Positions 38,558-54,654 of a stretch of DNA of 64,000 nt are shown here, in pieces; position 1 is the first letter of the stretch; every line of letters begins with the position of its first letter. This DNA is from Octopus vulgaris. Taxonomy: Eukaryota. Made by a program: the position numbers and the translations under genes. The notes below the pieces were generated by a model that saw only the letters and a program-made list of their open reading frames with translations, had not been told where the DNA came from and did not search any database. The stretch is from contig OX597826.1 of NCBI GenBank assembly GCA_951406725.2, forward strand, positions 64,914,001 through 64,978,000. Direction: 5' to 3'.

Positions 38558-41500
38558 CTATGTAAAGCATTAGAGAAAGAAACCTAGCTGGGTTTTTTTC
38601 TTTTTACTTTTTTTTTATTGCAATAAACATTTTTAAAGCATATTGTTTTTCATGGACACTTAAGATGTTACTGTGGATCCTCAATTAACTATTTTGCTTG
38701 TGTGAAACCCCAAAATCTCATATGGATCCTGGTTGAGAACCACTGGTCATGTTTCTGCTCAATGATACCATTGGGTTTTATATCTTAATTCTGACAAAGA
38801 TTTTTTTTTTTGTTTTTGAAAATATGTTTAAAGCAGAAGTATTGTCCATCATCATCATTGCTTTTATAATATCTGTTTTCCATGCTCATATGGGTCAGAC
38901 AGAGATAAAGTGTATTGGCAAAGGTTCTCTACAGCCAGATACCTTTCCTGTCATCAACCCTTATCTCTTTCCAAAATAGGCAATTCTGTTTCTTCCCCCC
39001 CCCCGTGGCCAGACATGTTCTTGCAGAATATTGGAAATAAACAATGCTGCTTATGTGGCAGTGACACTCATTTACAACTTTTGTGCAATGTCAAGACATG
39101 GAGACATACATACACTCACCCACGCACACATACACACAACAGGCCTCTTTCCGTGACCATCAACCAAATCCACTTGTAAAACTTACCCAAAATGCCACGC
39201 GGCAGGATTAAGCCTGAAATGTGGTCGGGAAGTACATTTCTTAACCACACAGCCATGCCTGTGCTTTTGTTTAACCCTTTCGTCTCCAACCTGGCTGAAA
39301 CTGGCTCTGGCTCTGAGTACAAATGTCTTGTTTTCATAAGTTTTGAATTAAAATCTCCCACCAAATCTTAGTCACAATTTATGTTCCTAACACCAGCTTA
39401 ATGACAACTAAGTTATTTTACAAAATTCTTCGTTATATTTAAAGTAATTGAAAGAAACAGAGAGCTTCTCAAAATAAATACAGTAACAAAAAGGATAAAT
39501 ATTTTATTTCGAAGAAAAATTATGCCCCTCCTGTCCCCATCCCCCATCTCACCCCTAAGATGAGCTCTAATGAGCTCGCAATTCCCCAAGGGGACACTAT
39601 TATCCAGGTTAAAGACCACAAAGTTAAAAGTCTCTACTACAAACTCTAGTGGGGGTTTAATGAGTTGGGATGTAGAAACCATGCAGGGAAAGGTTTGTTG
39701 AGGAAGAAAGAATGCTGCTAACAAATTAGGGTAAGAAAGTACAGAACTGAACTATGAACTGTAGTTGTTGCTCATTAACCCAGGTCAGCCATGACCATCC
39801 CATCAGCTTTATAACACTATAGAAGTAAATTATCTAATCTGTCCTTTTATTTATTTTTTCTTTTATCTAGTTTCAGCCCACAAGCTGTGGCCATGCTGGG
39901 GCACCACCATTTATGTAAACCTTTTGTTATCATATTTCTCATGAAATACATCACCTTTATCTCAACTTCTAAAATAATGACAAATTTAGTAAAATAACTT
40001 TGTTGCTATTATTAAAGCTAGTGCTTGAAACATAAGGTCACATAAAATTTAACTCACTTTAAATAGGAAGTTTGTATCTTAGAACCAGGGACAGTCTCAG
40101 GTAGCAGGGAGAGGATTAAGATAATAATATGTGATCTGAGAGAGATTTCTCTAACATTTCTGGCAAGTTGAATGAACAAATACAGCCTTGATGGCTTGTT
40201 GATAAAGTCTAGTTTTTTTTCAGCTCAGGTGATTTACATTCAACTATGTATGTACACTACATGTTGAATTAGTACATTGATTATAAGCCAACTACACATC
40301 ATTACCCCATTTATCCTAGTTCATGTTAGAATTCGGCAGTATCATCATCACCACCATCATCATTATTTTATATCTGCTTTTCATACAGGCAAAGTTTGAA
40401 TAGTTGTCACAATCCAAATCAGTTTTTACTCAGAATTACTGCCTTCCTACACAGCTCAAAAGACCCCATTCACCCATATATTTCATCTTTTGATGGCTTG
40501 GACATTCTTCTTAACTACTACCTTCTCCATATAATGTCCTGGATGCATTTTTATGTCAGCACCAGCATCAGAGTTTGTCATTTCTTTGACAAAAGTGTCC
40601 TTTCAACCTTAAATTTCTCTATTCGTTCACCAAAATCTATACAGGATGTATTGGGCATACAGACATACCTCAACTTATGTCATTTCAAATTACATCCTTT
40701 TTTTCTTTTCTTTTAACCCTTTAATGGAATAAATAAACCTCAGCTTCGGTCAAGTTTATCTGACTTTACATCAATCTCAGCAAATGTTTAAAAAAATTTT
40801 TTTTAAATAAAACATCTAAAAACCAATACTCAAATGGAAAATCACATAAGATATGTGAAAATATGTACACACCATTTATTAAAACACATGAGTAATAAAT
40901 TCTTTAAAATGATTTTTTGTGATATGTAATTTTTCAAGTTAAGTCACATGTCTTGGAATCAATTACCAACATACGGTTCTACCTTACATCTGTAATTAGT
41001 ATGCCTGTATTTTTATCATGGTACCAGTGCTCATGAGATTGCCTGGTATCTCAAAAGATTAGAGTCCTTGCTAACTACTCTCTGGTGTGTTCATTCGCTC
41101 AAGGCAAGTGACCAAGAATGTTGATAGAAAAGTGAGCTATAGTGGAAGAACCAGGATGGGTGGGTGGGTGGAGATAGCATGGGTATGGTGGTAAAAACAG
41201 AATGATTGGGATGATAGAGTGGTGAAGATGGACTTTATTTATTTTAAATTTACTTTTTGCAGAAATAATAATTTTTTTTTTTCATCTTTAGTAATTAGAA
41301 TATTTATTTTTCACTTTCATCATAAAAGCTTCTTTCATTAATAAAGTTAATAACTTACATCTCAGGATTTTCCCTCCCTCCCTTACAGTATATATATATA
41401 TATATTTTTCCCTTCCACCTTACTGTCCCTTCACCCACCGACTATCTTCTAGAACTGACTGTAAGCAAAACTGAGGAATGTGGAATTTTCCAGACAGTTC

Positions 41501-43084
41501 TTAATGATAGGATAAAAGCATATTTGTTAAAGTTACAGGCCAACTTCTGTTGCTGCCTGCAGCTGGTAAGACATCTTCATTGGTGTCTTAGTCTATGGAA
41601 TGTCTTCAGATTTATTAATGCCATCATCCAAATGTCATCTTCAGGCTAATTAAGAAACATCTATAAGTCACACAGTAGACATTTGTTCTATCTTTTAGAG
41701 CCAACTTTCAGTACAAAGTATTTTCATTTTACCAATGCCTTCAGTACATTTTATTTCCTTTTATTGCATTCTCTCTTTCTGTTCTATGACCCTTTTGATA
41801 CCAACCCACCTGAGATTGTCCCTGGTTCTGTGCTATAAACTTCCTGTTTTAAAGCAAACTAAATGAAAATTTCATGTTAATTTATCTTCCAACCACCAAC
41901 TTAATAACGACAAAATTATTTTTATAAATTCTTCATTATTGTCAAAATTAATTCAAAACAAAAGTAGTGTATTACAACAAACATATGGTAACAAAAGGAA
42001 TAACAAGATAATGGTAGATTTTGTTCTTGAAATTCTTTTTATCGCTTTGTTGTCATCATATTAGTTTCAAGTTTTGACACAAGGGCCAAAACATTTGGGG
42101 GAGGTTATAAGTCAATTACATTGATCCCAGTGCTCAACTGATGCTTATTTTGTCGACCTTGGTGGAATTTGTACTCAGAACATACAGACAGATGAAATGC
42201 TGCTAAGCATTTTGCCTGACATGCTGATTCTGCCAGCTCACCAACTTCTTTGCTGTCATTATAATTGATTTATGATAATACTTTCAAGATAGCAAAACCC
42301 ATCTTGCACCTCTTTAACTGTTTGATTATATCAATTATAATAGGATTATCTTTATCATATCTTCTTGAAGTAACAACATTGCATCAGTTCTAACAAGATT
42401 TGACTTAGTTTTAAACCTCACTTGAGCTGTAGGACTCATAAGGTCAGGTCTTAACTCAGTTCCCATCGCATATCAGTGACTGAGATTACAACACTCCCTA
42501 CCCCTGGACAGGATATCAATCCCTCATAGAGTTAACTTCCCAGCTGGAACTCATTTACAGCTGAGTAGACTTGAGCAATGGCAAATGAGTTTTTTGCTCA
42601 AGAGCACAATGCATTACTCAGTCCTGTCATTGAAACCACAATGTTAAATTTCCTTGTTGACATTATGGCCAGATGCTTTACACTTTCAAAGAACAGTCGA
42701 ATGAAAAAAAATCCCTTGTAAAATAGGTGTTGGAAGAATGCAAGGAGCGAATCCAGCAATAAAATTTGACTTCAAATAAATTCTTGTCTAACCTATAAAA
42801 AATGGACATTAAATGAACAATAGGTTGTTCATTCTTCCGGTCCTTCCAAGTCCATTTCTTTACTTATTGGTGGTACTACACTGCACTGTACTAAGTTATG
42901 AGGACATAAACATACCAACACTGGTTATCAGGTGGTGATGAGGGGACAAACACAGACACAAACACACACACATATACACATATATACATTATATATGTCC
43001 CATCCTGATGATGGATAATATATGTGAATGTATGTTTGTATGTATGGATGTCCACTTAGTGGTCATCCCTCTTGTATGTATATA

Positions 43085-43126
<42 letters not shown>

Positions 43127-43656
43127 TTTTCTATTTTCATCAACTGAAAATGTATATACCAAGTAATGTGGTTTCTCCTTAAGGGCAATATCTAAATACA
43201 CTTTGGCTGTTTAATGTTATCTATCTCATTATCATATGAATAAGCATCAGGGAAAATTTTTTTAATTTGAGGGAATATTAACCTTAATGAATCCGATGAA
43301 CCCATTAGTATGTTAATTAGTGCATTGCGAGATGCTTGTAGTTAGGTACTTACACATTCCTCTCTAGTTCATTATTGTTAATGTAGTTGTCATCGTAATT
43401 ATTGTTGTTGTGCAACTGCTTATCTTTGCTGGGGGGTGGGGGGGGGGTTTCCTTAGCCTCCTGTTGGCAACATTTTCTCCTTTTTCCTGCCCTTCTGTTT
43501 TCACTTTCTCTCCTCTTCTCCGTCCTCCTTCACCTCTTCTCAATCTGTCTTTTGCTCTCCTTCTCTCTCTCTTTCTCTTTTAGTTTAATTGTTTATTGGT
43601 ATCCATCAAGTTATAAATATATTGTGTGTGTGTGTATATCTCTAATTTAATTTTTG

Positions 43657-44316
<660 letters not shown>

Positions 44317-44319
44317 TAA

Positions 44320-45776
44320 AAAAATCAAACCAAATCAAAATAGATGAACATCAATGGAATTTGTATCTTTGTGGTTCCAGTACCGGTGGCACACAAGAAA
44401 ACCATCCGATCGTGGCCGTTCGCCAGCCTCATCTGGCACCTGTGTCGGTGACACATAAAAACACCATCCGAAGACCCGGCGACGTAGTCAGTCCACCTGT
44501 GCATACCTTCCTACTTATGACACTTGTGAAGACCTGTTGAGGCAAGTGTGTGACACTTGTGTAGACCTGTTGAGGCAAGTGAAAATCAAATCAAATCAAA
44601 TCAAACCAAATCAAAATAGATGAACATCAATGGAATTTGTATCTTTGTGGTACCAGTACCGGTGGCACACAAGAAAACCATCCGAACGTGGCCGTAGCCA
44701 GTACCGCATCGACTGGCCTCTGTGATGTGGGCACATAACAAACACCATCCGATCGTGGCCGTCCGCCAGCCTCATCTGGCACCTGTGTCGGTGGCACATA
44801 AAAACACCAACCGAAGACCCGGCAAGACTAGTCAGGCCATAACCCGTGGCCCCTACTTGGGACGTAGTCAGTCCACCTGTGCATACCTTCCTTCCTTCTT
44901 GTGACACTTGTGAAGACCTGTGAAGACCTGTTGAGGCAAGTGAAAATCAAATCAAATCAAATCAAAATAGATGAACATCAATGGAATTTGTATCTTTGTG
45001 GTACCAGTGCCGGTGGCACACAAGAAAACCATCCGAACGTGGCCGTAGCCAGTACCGCATCGACTGGCCTCCGTGCTGTGGGCACGCAACAAACACCATC
45101 CGATCGTGGCCGTTCGCCAGCCTCATCTGGCACCTGTGTCGGTGGCACATAAAAACACCATCCGAAGACCCAGCAAGACTAGTCAGGCCATAACCCGTGG
45201 CCCCTACCTGGGACGTAGTCAGTCCACCTGTGCATACCTTCCTTCTTGTGACACTTGTGAAGACCTGTTGAGGCAAGTGAAAATCAAATCAAAACAAATC
45301 AAAATAGATGAACATCAATGGAATTTGTATCTTTGTGGTACCAGTGCCGGTGGCACACAAGAAAATCATCCGAACGTGGCCGTAGCCAGTACCGCATAGA
45401 CTGGCCTCCGTGCTTGGGGGACGTAACAAACACCATCCGATCGTGGCCGTCCGCCAGCCTCATCTGGCACCTGTGTCGGTGGCACATAAAAACACCATCC
45501 GAGCGTGGCCGTCTGCCAGCCTCGTCTGGCACCTGTGTCGGTGGCACATAAAAACACCATCCGAGCGTGGCCGTTCGCCAGCCTCGTCTGGCACCTGTGT
45601 CGGTGGCACATAAAATCACCCACTACACTCTCGGAGTGGTTGGCGTTAGGAAGGGCATCCAGCTGTAGAAACACTGCCAGATCTGACTGGCCTGGTGCAG
45701 CCTTCGGGCTCCCCAGACCCCAATTGAACCGTCCAACCCATGCTAGCATGGAAAACGGACGCTAAATGATGATGAT

Positions 45777-45777
<1 letters not shown>
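44320..45777 (+). repeat. Tandem array of RTE 3'-UTR units (~280-350 bp) ending in ~61 bp subrepeats and the (GAT)n tail
   Basis: The anchor aaaatagatgaacatcaatgg recurs at 44337, 44613, 44964 and 45301. Units are homologous to the RTE UTR at 2440-2580(-). Confidence 0.88.
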
Positions 45778-46615
<838 letters not shown>

Positions 46616-46909
46616 GTATTCCTGTGGCATGTATTCAGCTTATCTCAGTTTAGCAGTTCTAAAACAAACTAGTTCTAGATGAAGGGTGTTGATTGTCTAC
46701 TCTTGTGGTCAATTATGGTGGTAGTGATGGTGGTCGCAGCAATGGTGGAATGGCTAATATTGCTGCTTATTTGTCGAAATATCAACTGCGACAACTACTT
46801 GCTTTCTGTTCAAGGTCACAAGCAACTAAAACTGATGAAATTTTACTTATTGTCTCCTTTAACCCTGTCTTGACTATAAATGTCGTGTGATTTTGGATTT
46901 ATAGCTAGC

Positions 46910-46965
<56 letters not shown>

Positions 46966-47191
46966 GGTGCAGGCATGGCTGTGTAGTAAGAAGCTCGCTT
47001 CCCAACCTCATGGTTCCGAGTTCAGTCCAACTGTGTGGCACCTTGGGCAAGTCTCTTGTACTATAGCCTCAAGCTAACCAATACCTTGTATGTGGATTTG
47101 GTAGATGGAAACTATATGTATATATATATATATATACATACCAACCCATGCTAGCATGGAAAACGGACGCTAAACGATGATGATGATGATG

Positions 47192-47250
47192 ACATACATA
47201 CATATATATATATATAAATATACATATATATATATAGACATAAATACATA

Positions 47251-47304
<54 letters not shown>

Positions 47305-47397
47305 AACATATATATATACGTATACATATATATACATATATACATACATATATATATATACATACATATATATATACATATACATATATATACATAA

Positions 47398-47428
<31 letters not shown>

Positions 47429-47501
47429 AACATATATATATACGTATACATATATATACATATATACATACATATATATATATACATACATATATATATA
47501 C

Positions 47502-47548
<47 letters not shown>

Positions 47549-47620
47549 TACATATACATATATACACACATATATACATATACATATATATATGCATATA
47601 TATATATATACATATATATA
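47192..47620. repeat. (TA)n/(CA)n compound microsatellite
   Basis: About 430 bp of simple repeat. Confidence 0.97.
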
Positions 47621-47921
47621 TCACTGTGACCGACCAGGTTATCAGATGTTGCTACACATCACTGGTCACAATGCGTTTTGCATTGTTTTTTAGCCTTCAA
47701 ATGACGCCACCCAACTGGCTAAGCGAGCAGGCCAACAGAAGAAAGAGTGAGAGAATGTTGTGGTGAAAGAGTACAGCAGGGATCGCCACCACCCCCTGCA
47801 GGAGCCTCGTGGAAGTTTAGGTGTTTTCGCTCAATAAACACTCACAACACCCAGCCTAGGAATCGAAACCGTGATCCTACGACCGCGAGTCCGTTGCCCT
47901 AACCACTGGGCCATTGCGCCT

Positions 47922-47923
<2 letters not shown>
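47621..47923 (-). mobile_element. tRNA-derived SINE family C (second tail type)
   Basis: Head ggaggcgcaatggcccagtggttagggc on the minus strand. Inserted in (TA)n. Confidence 0.82.
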
Positions 47924-47997
<74 letters not shown>

Positions 47998-48237
47998 TTG
48001 TGTCTGTGTTTGTCCCCTCATCACCACCTGATAACCAGTGTTGGTATGTTTATGTCCTCATAACTTAGTATTTTGGCAAAAGAGACTGATCGAATAAGTT
48101 ACTAGACTTTAAAAAAATAAGTCCTTTGGTCGATTAGTTTGACTAAAACCCTTCAAGTTGGTGCTCCAACATGGCTGCAAGTAACATGGCTCCAACATTA
48201 CTGAAACAAGTAAAAGAATAAACAAAGAAAGAATACC

Positions 48238-48600
48238 AATGTAACAGAAGTCATGTAGCTATGTCACAAATATAGCTGTAACACAACTGTAGCTTCATTA
48301 CAAAAAGTGTAGCTGTCACAACAGCTGTAACTATGTTACAGCTTTAGCTATTGTATCACGACAGCTGTAGTTATGTTACAAGAACTGTAGCTATATCACA
48401 ACTGTAGTTATGTTACAAATGTAGCTGTCTTACAACAGCCATAATAGTCATAACACCTGTTGCTATATCATAATAACAGTAGCTATTTGGGAGCTAAACT
48501 TTTTGACAGCAACTTTAACTATGTCACAACTATAGCTATGTCACAACCACTATAGCTGTGTCAAAACCACTGTAGCTATGTCATAACTACTATTCCTGTA
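48238..48600 (+). repeat. Degenerate minisatellite, ~17-21 bp unit (ctgtagctatgtcacaa)
   Basis: Many diverged tandem copies of tgtagctatgtcaca. Confidence 0.8.
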
Positions 48601-49954
48601 TCATATTTTCTACTTTACTACTAATGAAAATGGTTTATACTTTAGTTTTGAGATGAGTTCTTAGGGTCTTCTTTAATTATGGTCTTATGCCTCTTAGATA
48701 CAACCTTTACAGTTTTCATATTCCAAATTCTTACAATTTCAAATTTTAAGGGATTGTATTTTTTATTATTATTATTATTATTTTCATTATACAGTATGGA
48801 TCTGAAATGTATTTTTTCTCTCTACTTTGAACTGCCAATCCTTAACGAATGGCCTGAGACAGAGAGTATTTTTCTGAGAACCTGTGTTTTTTCAAGTTGG
48901 TTAGATTTTTGGAACACTTGCATATTTTTTTTGATATTCAACCATTCCAGGTGATGTGATAGATTGGGTGGGGTGGGGGGTTGAACTTAATGCCCTGATA
49001 TTAACTAGTAAGATATTTCCTTTTACTCCTGGATATCCCTACGTTCTTGATATTCTCTTTTTTTTAATCCAGTGGCTTTTCAAATCTTTTTCTTCTTCTT
49101 TGCTTACAATTTTGTTTTTTTTAAGGGATCGTTATATCATTATTGTCATTACTATCATCATGTTAATATCCACTTTTCTATACTCACATGGTTTAGACAG
49201 AACTCATTGAGGCAAATTTTCTGTGGCTGGATGTCCTGTCAGTAATCCTTGCCTGTTTTACAAACAAGGTGATATTGCCCCATGGTTGAATGGACATGTT
49301 TTCCTGAAAAATTGGAAACAAACAACACTGTTTGTGAGAAGGTTACACTTGTTTACAATTACAATTTCAGCATCTAATTCCACCTTTCTCTTTTCTGCCA
49401 AGTCCTGCCAGTGTTAATAAGGACCAGTTATGTGCTGATGTCATTCCATTTGAGTATAACCCTTTTTGCCTGACTTAGCTTACTGAAACAATAGGGTTTC
49501 TACATAGTTGCTCATTCTCCTAGAAATAACAGTCAAAATGTCCTCAAACCACACCCTGCCATCTAAACAAAAGATACTGTAATCTCCGTTACAAAAACAG
49601 GATGGTCATAAGCAGAATGTGTTTGTTCACAAGATCAGGGTTGACTTGGAGCTAAAAAAAAACAAAAACAAAAGATCAAAAATTATTTGCTTCCATAGTT
49701 TTTCACCCAATTCACATCCTGTTCTTGTTCCAGATGAATATTTATATATTTTCTGAAATTCAGGTGTGTTTTAGATGTCCTCTGTAATTACCATATGAAT
49801 GAGCCTAGCTTGTGACACTCTTATATATGCAGATTATATGGCATAATGATGATGATGATGATGATGATGGTGACGATGACAAAGATTACCCTTGTTTATA
49901 TATTTCCAATGTAATGTTGAAGGAACAAGAAAACCAACATAATTACATTGACAC

Positions 49955-50155
49955 TCTGGCACCTGTGTCGGTGGCACGTAAAAAGCACCCACTACACTCA
50001 CGGAGTGGTTGGCGTTAAGAAGGGCATCCAGCTGTAGAAACACTGCCAGATCTGACTGGGCCTGGTGCAGCCTTCGGGCTTCCCAGACCCCAGTTGAACC
50101 GCCCAACCCATGCTAGCATGGAAAACGGACGTTAAACAATGATGATGATGATGAT
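49955..50155 (+). mobile_element. RTE 3'-UTR fragment with (GAT)n tail
   Basis: Same tail as 45600-45777. Further copies at 12683-12870(-), 24069-24216(-), 50804-51113 and 56490-56846. Confidence 0.82.
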
Positions 50156-50412
50156 ATTTATATATATGTATGTATATATGTTAATGCATGTCCCACGTTG
50201 GACTTCTCACTTGTATCATTATTGAGCCTGGAGCTTAACCATAGCACTTACTTAGCATTTACCCAATACCTTTTGGGTCTTCCTGGCACCAATACCTTTC
50301 ATACCCTATATATATAGGGTATATTTTTTTGTTATCTTACTCCTGTGTCACAATGCTTCAAGCAAACTCCAATGCTCTGTGTGTGTGTGTGTGAGTGTGT
50401 ATATATGTATAT

Positions 50413-50801
50413 ACTCTTTTACTTGTTTCAGTCATTTGACTGTGGCCATGCTGGAGCACCGCCTTTAGTCAAGCAAATCGACCCCAGGACTTATTCTTTG
50501 TAAGCCAAGTACTTATTCTATCGGTCTCTTTTGCCGAACCGCTAAGTGATGGGGACGTAAACACACCAGCATCGGTTGTCAAGCAATGCTAGGGGGACAA
50601 ACACACACACATACACATATATATATATATACATATATACAACAGGCTTCTTTCAGTTTCCGTCTACCAAATCCACTCACAAGGCATTGGTCGGCCCGGA
50701 GCTATAGCAGAAGACACTTGCCCAAGATGCACACAGTGGGACTGAACCTGGAACCATGTGGTTGGTTAGCAAGCTACTTACCACACAGCCACTCCTGCGC
50801 C
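50413..50801 (-). mobile_element. SINE family A
   Basis: Reverse complement of family A. Its head abuts an RTE 3'-UTR fragment. Confidence 0.88.
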
Positions 50802-51588
50802 TATGGCACGTAAAAAGCACCATCCGTTCGTGTCCGTTGCCAGCCTCGCCTGGCCCTCGTACCGGTGGCACATAAAAAGCACCATCCGTTCGTGGCCGTT
50901 TGCCAGCTCTGTCTGGCGCCTGTGCGGGTGGCACGTAAAAAGCACCCACTACACTCACGGAGTGGTTGGCGTTAGGAAGGGCATCCAGCCGTAGAAACAC
51001 TGCCAGATTTCACTGGGCCTGATGAAGCCTTCTGGCTTCACAGACCCCAGTAGAACCCCGTCCAACCCATGCTAGCATGGAAAACGGACGCTAAACGATG
51101 ATGATGATGATGATATATATATATACACACACATACACACACACAAAGAGCATTGGAGTTTGCTTGAAGCATTGTGACACAGGAGTAAGATAACAAAAAA
51201 ATAGAGAGCTTCTAATGTTTCTTATTGTTATTTTAGACATACATACACACAGCACCATAAAACCATAAAAGCTCATTAAAAACTATATTATATCAAATAT
51301 TTAATTTTGTGAACTTGAAATATCCAATAATAAAAGGAAATTCAGAACATAAATTTCCCCAAAACTTCAATTTATAAAAAAATTTCACTTGCTTAGTAAA
51401 CATTTCTTTCAATAATTTTATTGTAGTTGTTATATATCTCTAATTTAAACAAACTTCAAGCTAACCCGACTACATTTAGCATTCTAGAAATAGCAGTGAT
51501 CACATAGTTATTATTGTAAGGCTTATAGCATTCCAAACAGCTATACCAACAAAATCACTTCTTAATTTTAAAAAAAATTAATTAACTA

Positions 51589-51978
51589 GACGCAGGAGTG
51601 GCTGTGTGGTAAGTAGCTTGCTTACCAACCACATGGTTCCGGGTTCAGTCCCACTGCGTGGCATCTTGGGCAAGTGTCTTCTGCTATAGCCCCGGGCCGA
51701 CCAATGCCTTGTGAGTGGATTTGGTAGACGGAAACTGAAAGAAGCCAGTCATATATATGTATATATATATATATGTATGTGTGTTTGTGTTTGTCCCCCT
51801 AGCATTGCTTGACAACTGATGCTGGTGTGTTTATGTCCCCGTCACTTAGCGGTTTGGCAAAAGAAACCGATAGAATAAGTACTGGGCTTACAAAGAATAA
51901 GTCCCGGTGTCGAGTTGCTCGACTAAAGGCGGTGCTCCAGCATGGCCGCAGCCAAATGACTGAAACAAGTAAAAGAGA
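51589..51978 (+). mobile_element. SINE family A, full length
   Basis: Matches the family A sequence. Confidence 0.9.
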
Positions 51979-52535
51979 AAGAGATATTTAAAAAATTATC
52001 ATTTTTTCAAAAAATATTCATTAAACAAACTCCAGAGACCGATATCATTCTTGAAATTGTGCCTCGTATCTTAAGCCTCAAAGTTATACAGCTATTTTGT
52101 CTATTAGCATTCATTCATTCAATAAATAATTTCTTTACATTACATATATAGAATAAACAGTGGGTTTTGCAAATTGCAAATTAAAACTTGAATTAAAAAC
52201 ATTATAAAAACTAAATATATATTAAATTATCATTAATGAAAATAGAGGCAAGAGAGAGTGAGTGACTGTTGCAAATGAATAATATTGTTTATTAAAAATT
52301 AAAATCTATTCTGCAGTGAATGCATCGAATATTTAAATTTGTGAAAAACTTCTAGTTCAAATATGCAATAAACTTCAGAAATTGAAATACAGGAAATTTC
52401 TTGGAACATGAATTAAAAAAAAAAAAAATTTCCTGATGGTCAAACCTTTCATAATTGCTTTCTTTTAGTAACTATTACATACCTAATTAATAAGCAGCTT
52501 TCTCCATTATGATATAGATATAATATAATAATAGT

Positions 52536-52917
52536 GGAGGTGCAATGGCCCAGTGGCTAGGGCAGCAGACTTGCGGTTATAGGATTGCAGTTTCCATTCC
52601 CAGACAGGGTATTGTGAGTGTTTATTGACCGAAAACACCCAAAGCTCAATGAGGCTCCAGCAAGGGGTGGTGGCAAACCCTGCTGTACTCTTTCACCACA
52701 ACTTTCTCGCACTCTTTCTTCCTGTTTCTGTTGTACCTGTATTTCAAAGGGTCAGCCTTGTCACACTCCGTGTCACGCTGAATCTCCCCGATAACTATGT
52801 TAAAGGTACACGCGTCTGTGAAGTGCTCAGCCGCTTGAACATTAATTTCATGAGCAGGCTGTTCCATCGATCGGATCAACTGGATCCTTTGTCGTTATAA
52901 CCGACAGAGTTCCACAA
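52536..52917 (+). mobile_element. tRNA-derived SINE family C (third tail type)
   Basis: Same head with a different ~200 bp 3' part. Confidence 0.8.
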
Positions 52918-53396
52918 TAGATATAATATAGATGATAGATGATTGAAATTGTTTACAAGTGCTTGGTTGTGTGATTAAGAAGGTTGCACATGATTTCAGA
53001 TTCATTTCATTTGGAATTATTTTTTCATCTTCTTGTTTCACTCAGTGGACTGCAACCATGCTGGGGCATCACATGGTTCTTTTTTTTTAAAGTCTAGTAC
53101 ATGTTCTTTCTGACCCATTTGCTAAACTGCTAAGTTACAGAGACATAAACAAACCAACACTGGTTGTTAAGCAGTGCAGAGACAAACACATGCACACATA
53201 TGCACATATGTGTGACAGACTTCCATATAGTTTTTGTCTACTAAATTCACTCACAGGGCATTGGTCAGCTCTTCTTAACCACAACTATTCCTGCACCTGT
53301 CCACTTCTCAGTTTATTATTTACATTTTTTTTATGCTTTTCCTTATTTTCTTCCATTCTGTAACAAATTATTGACTACTTTATTATTTCCTTTCAG

Positions 53397-53521
53397 ATTT
53401 CATCAAGCCTACTATTACTTCATCTAAGTTTAATGACAGTGTATCAGAACTTGTGTTGGACGCTGGAGATAACCTCACTCTTACCTGCACAGGTACCAGC
53501 CAAGTAAAATGGGAAATTCCA
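53397..53521 (+). CDS. VEGFR: VEGFR/PVR-like receptor exon, N-terminal half of Ig domain 1
   Basis: Polypyrimidine tract with tttcag acceptor and GTAAGT donor. Encodes (D)FIKPTITSSKFNDSVSELVLDAGDNLTLTCTGTSQVKWEIP, with the Ig B-strand LTLTC and C-strand W. Phase 1 to 0. Confidence 0.9.
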
Positions 53522-54654
53522 GTAAGTTTCCTTTATGGATTTAATTTCACCTTCTTAACTTCTTCCGGGATTGTGACAATGAGCTAGCATAAGGGTAAAT
53601 GTTATCTCATTGTAGTTTTAGATCAGGCGTGGACAACCTTTTTTGTGAAGCAGGCCACATGAGATATGGCTCATCATTAGATTGATTCCAGTACTAAAAA
53701 AAAAATTCAAGGTAATTTTTCATTAGGCATGCCATTCAGAAAGTCCCCTGGGCTATATGTTGCTAATGACTGTTTTAGATGTTAGTAATTAATCCTGGTT
53801 CTAAGATTACATACTTCTTGTTGAATGGCAATGAAAGGACTCTGACAAACCTAGCTGATTGACCAAATGATTAATCAAATGATCAGTTCAATAATTGGTT
53901 TAATGGTTAACTAATTGACAAAAGAATTTAAATAGAAATTAAATAGAACCACTGCATATGTTTACTATTGGCATAACGACCCTCCCAGTATGCAAGATTT
54001 GTTTCAACACACAATTTGACATCAAGAACCTTGTAAACCAAACACGAAAACTAAATAAAACCTTCCATCAAAATTTCATTTTAATTCATGTTCAAAACAT
54101 CATCTTGATAATCATTTTACTAAATTCTTCAATATTTTAAAAATTAATTGAAACAAAAACAGTATATGCCAACAGGAATATAGTAACAAAAGCATTAAAA
54201 GTGTATATCTAGATATGAAGTATAGTACAGTGTATTTTGAGCTTTGCTCATTATCAAAATATACTTGTACTGCTGTAGAAACAACAGTTCTGTAATTAAG
54301 GCAATGTTAATTATATGTATGGTGAAGAAAATCTTTTAAGCTGTGAGTTTTTACTCTTTGTTATAATAACTATCATCTATATTTCAGCATTATTAAATGT
54401 TACCAAATTGTTGGAATTGCAATTGGAAGATATGGAAAAGTCCTCAATGGTGAGGACGTTTGCAGCTCCTTTAGGCTATGGATTTGGAATGGATGGATTC
54501 TAATAATTCATCTAACAATCTGCCTATCACAATCTTGGCTGTAATGAAGTCATCAGGCCCCTCTAACATATTAGTGTAGTGTCATTTACTTGAGTAATTC
54601 ATTTATTTAACTAGGATTTCAATGTTGCCTTTCTCAATGCAGACTTATTTCTTA

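Noticed and set aside
40960-41030. Very degenerate hammerhead-like patterns (also ~40740-40780 and ~43280-43345)
   Set aside because: Multiple core mismatches make them indistinguishable from chance in AT-rich DNA without a family consensus.
41450-41565. Possible extra exon ending ctg|GTAAGA in intron 1
   Set aside because: Weak acceptor and no Ig-like or otherwise recognisable peptide. Exons 1 and 2 already join in frame.
44611-45765. Repetitive ORFs and a superficially CRISPR-like repeat pattern
   Set aside because: Units are contiguous tandem repeats with no unique spacers and no cas genes, and they are homologous to an RTE 3' UTR.
51018-51040. CTGATGAAGCC-ttct-GGCTTCA hairpin
   Set aside because: It is a point variant of the RTE tail (ctggtgcagcc in other copies) with no following GAAA.
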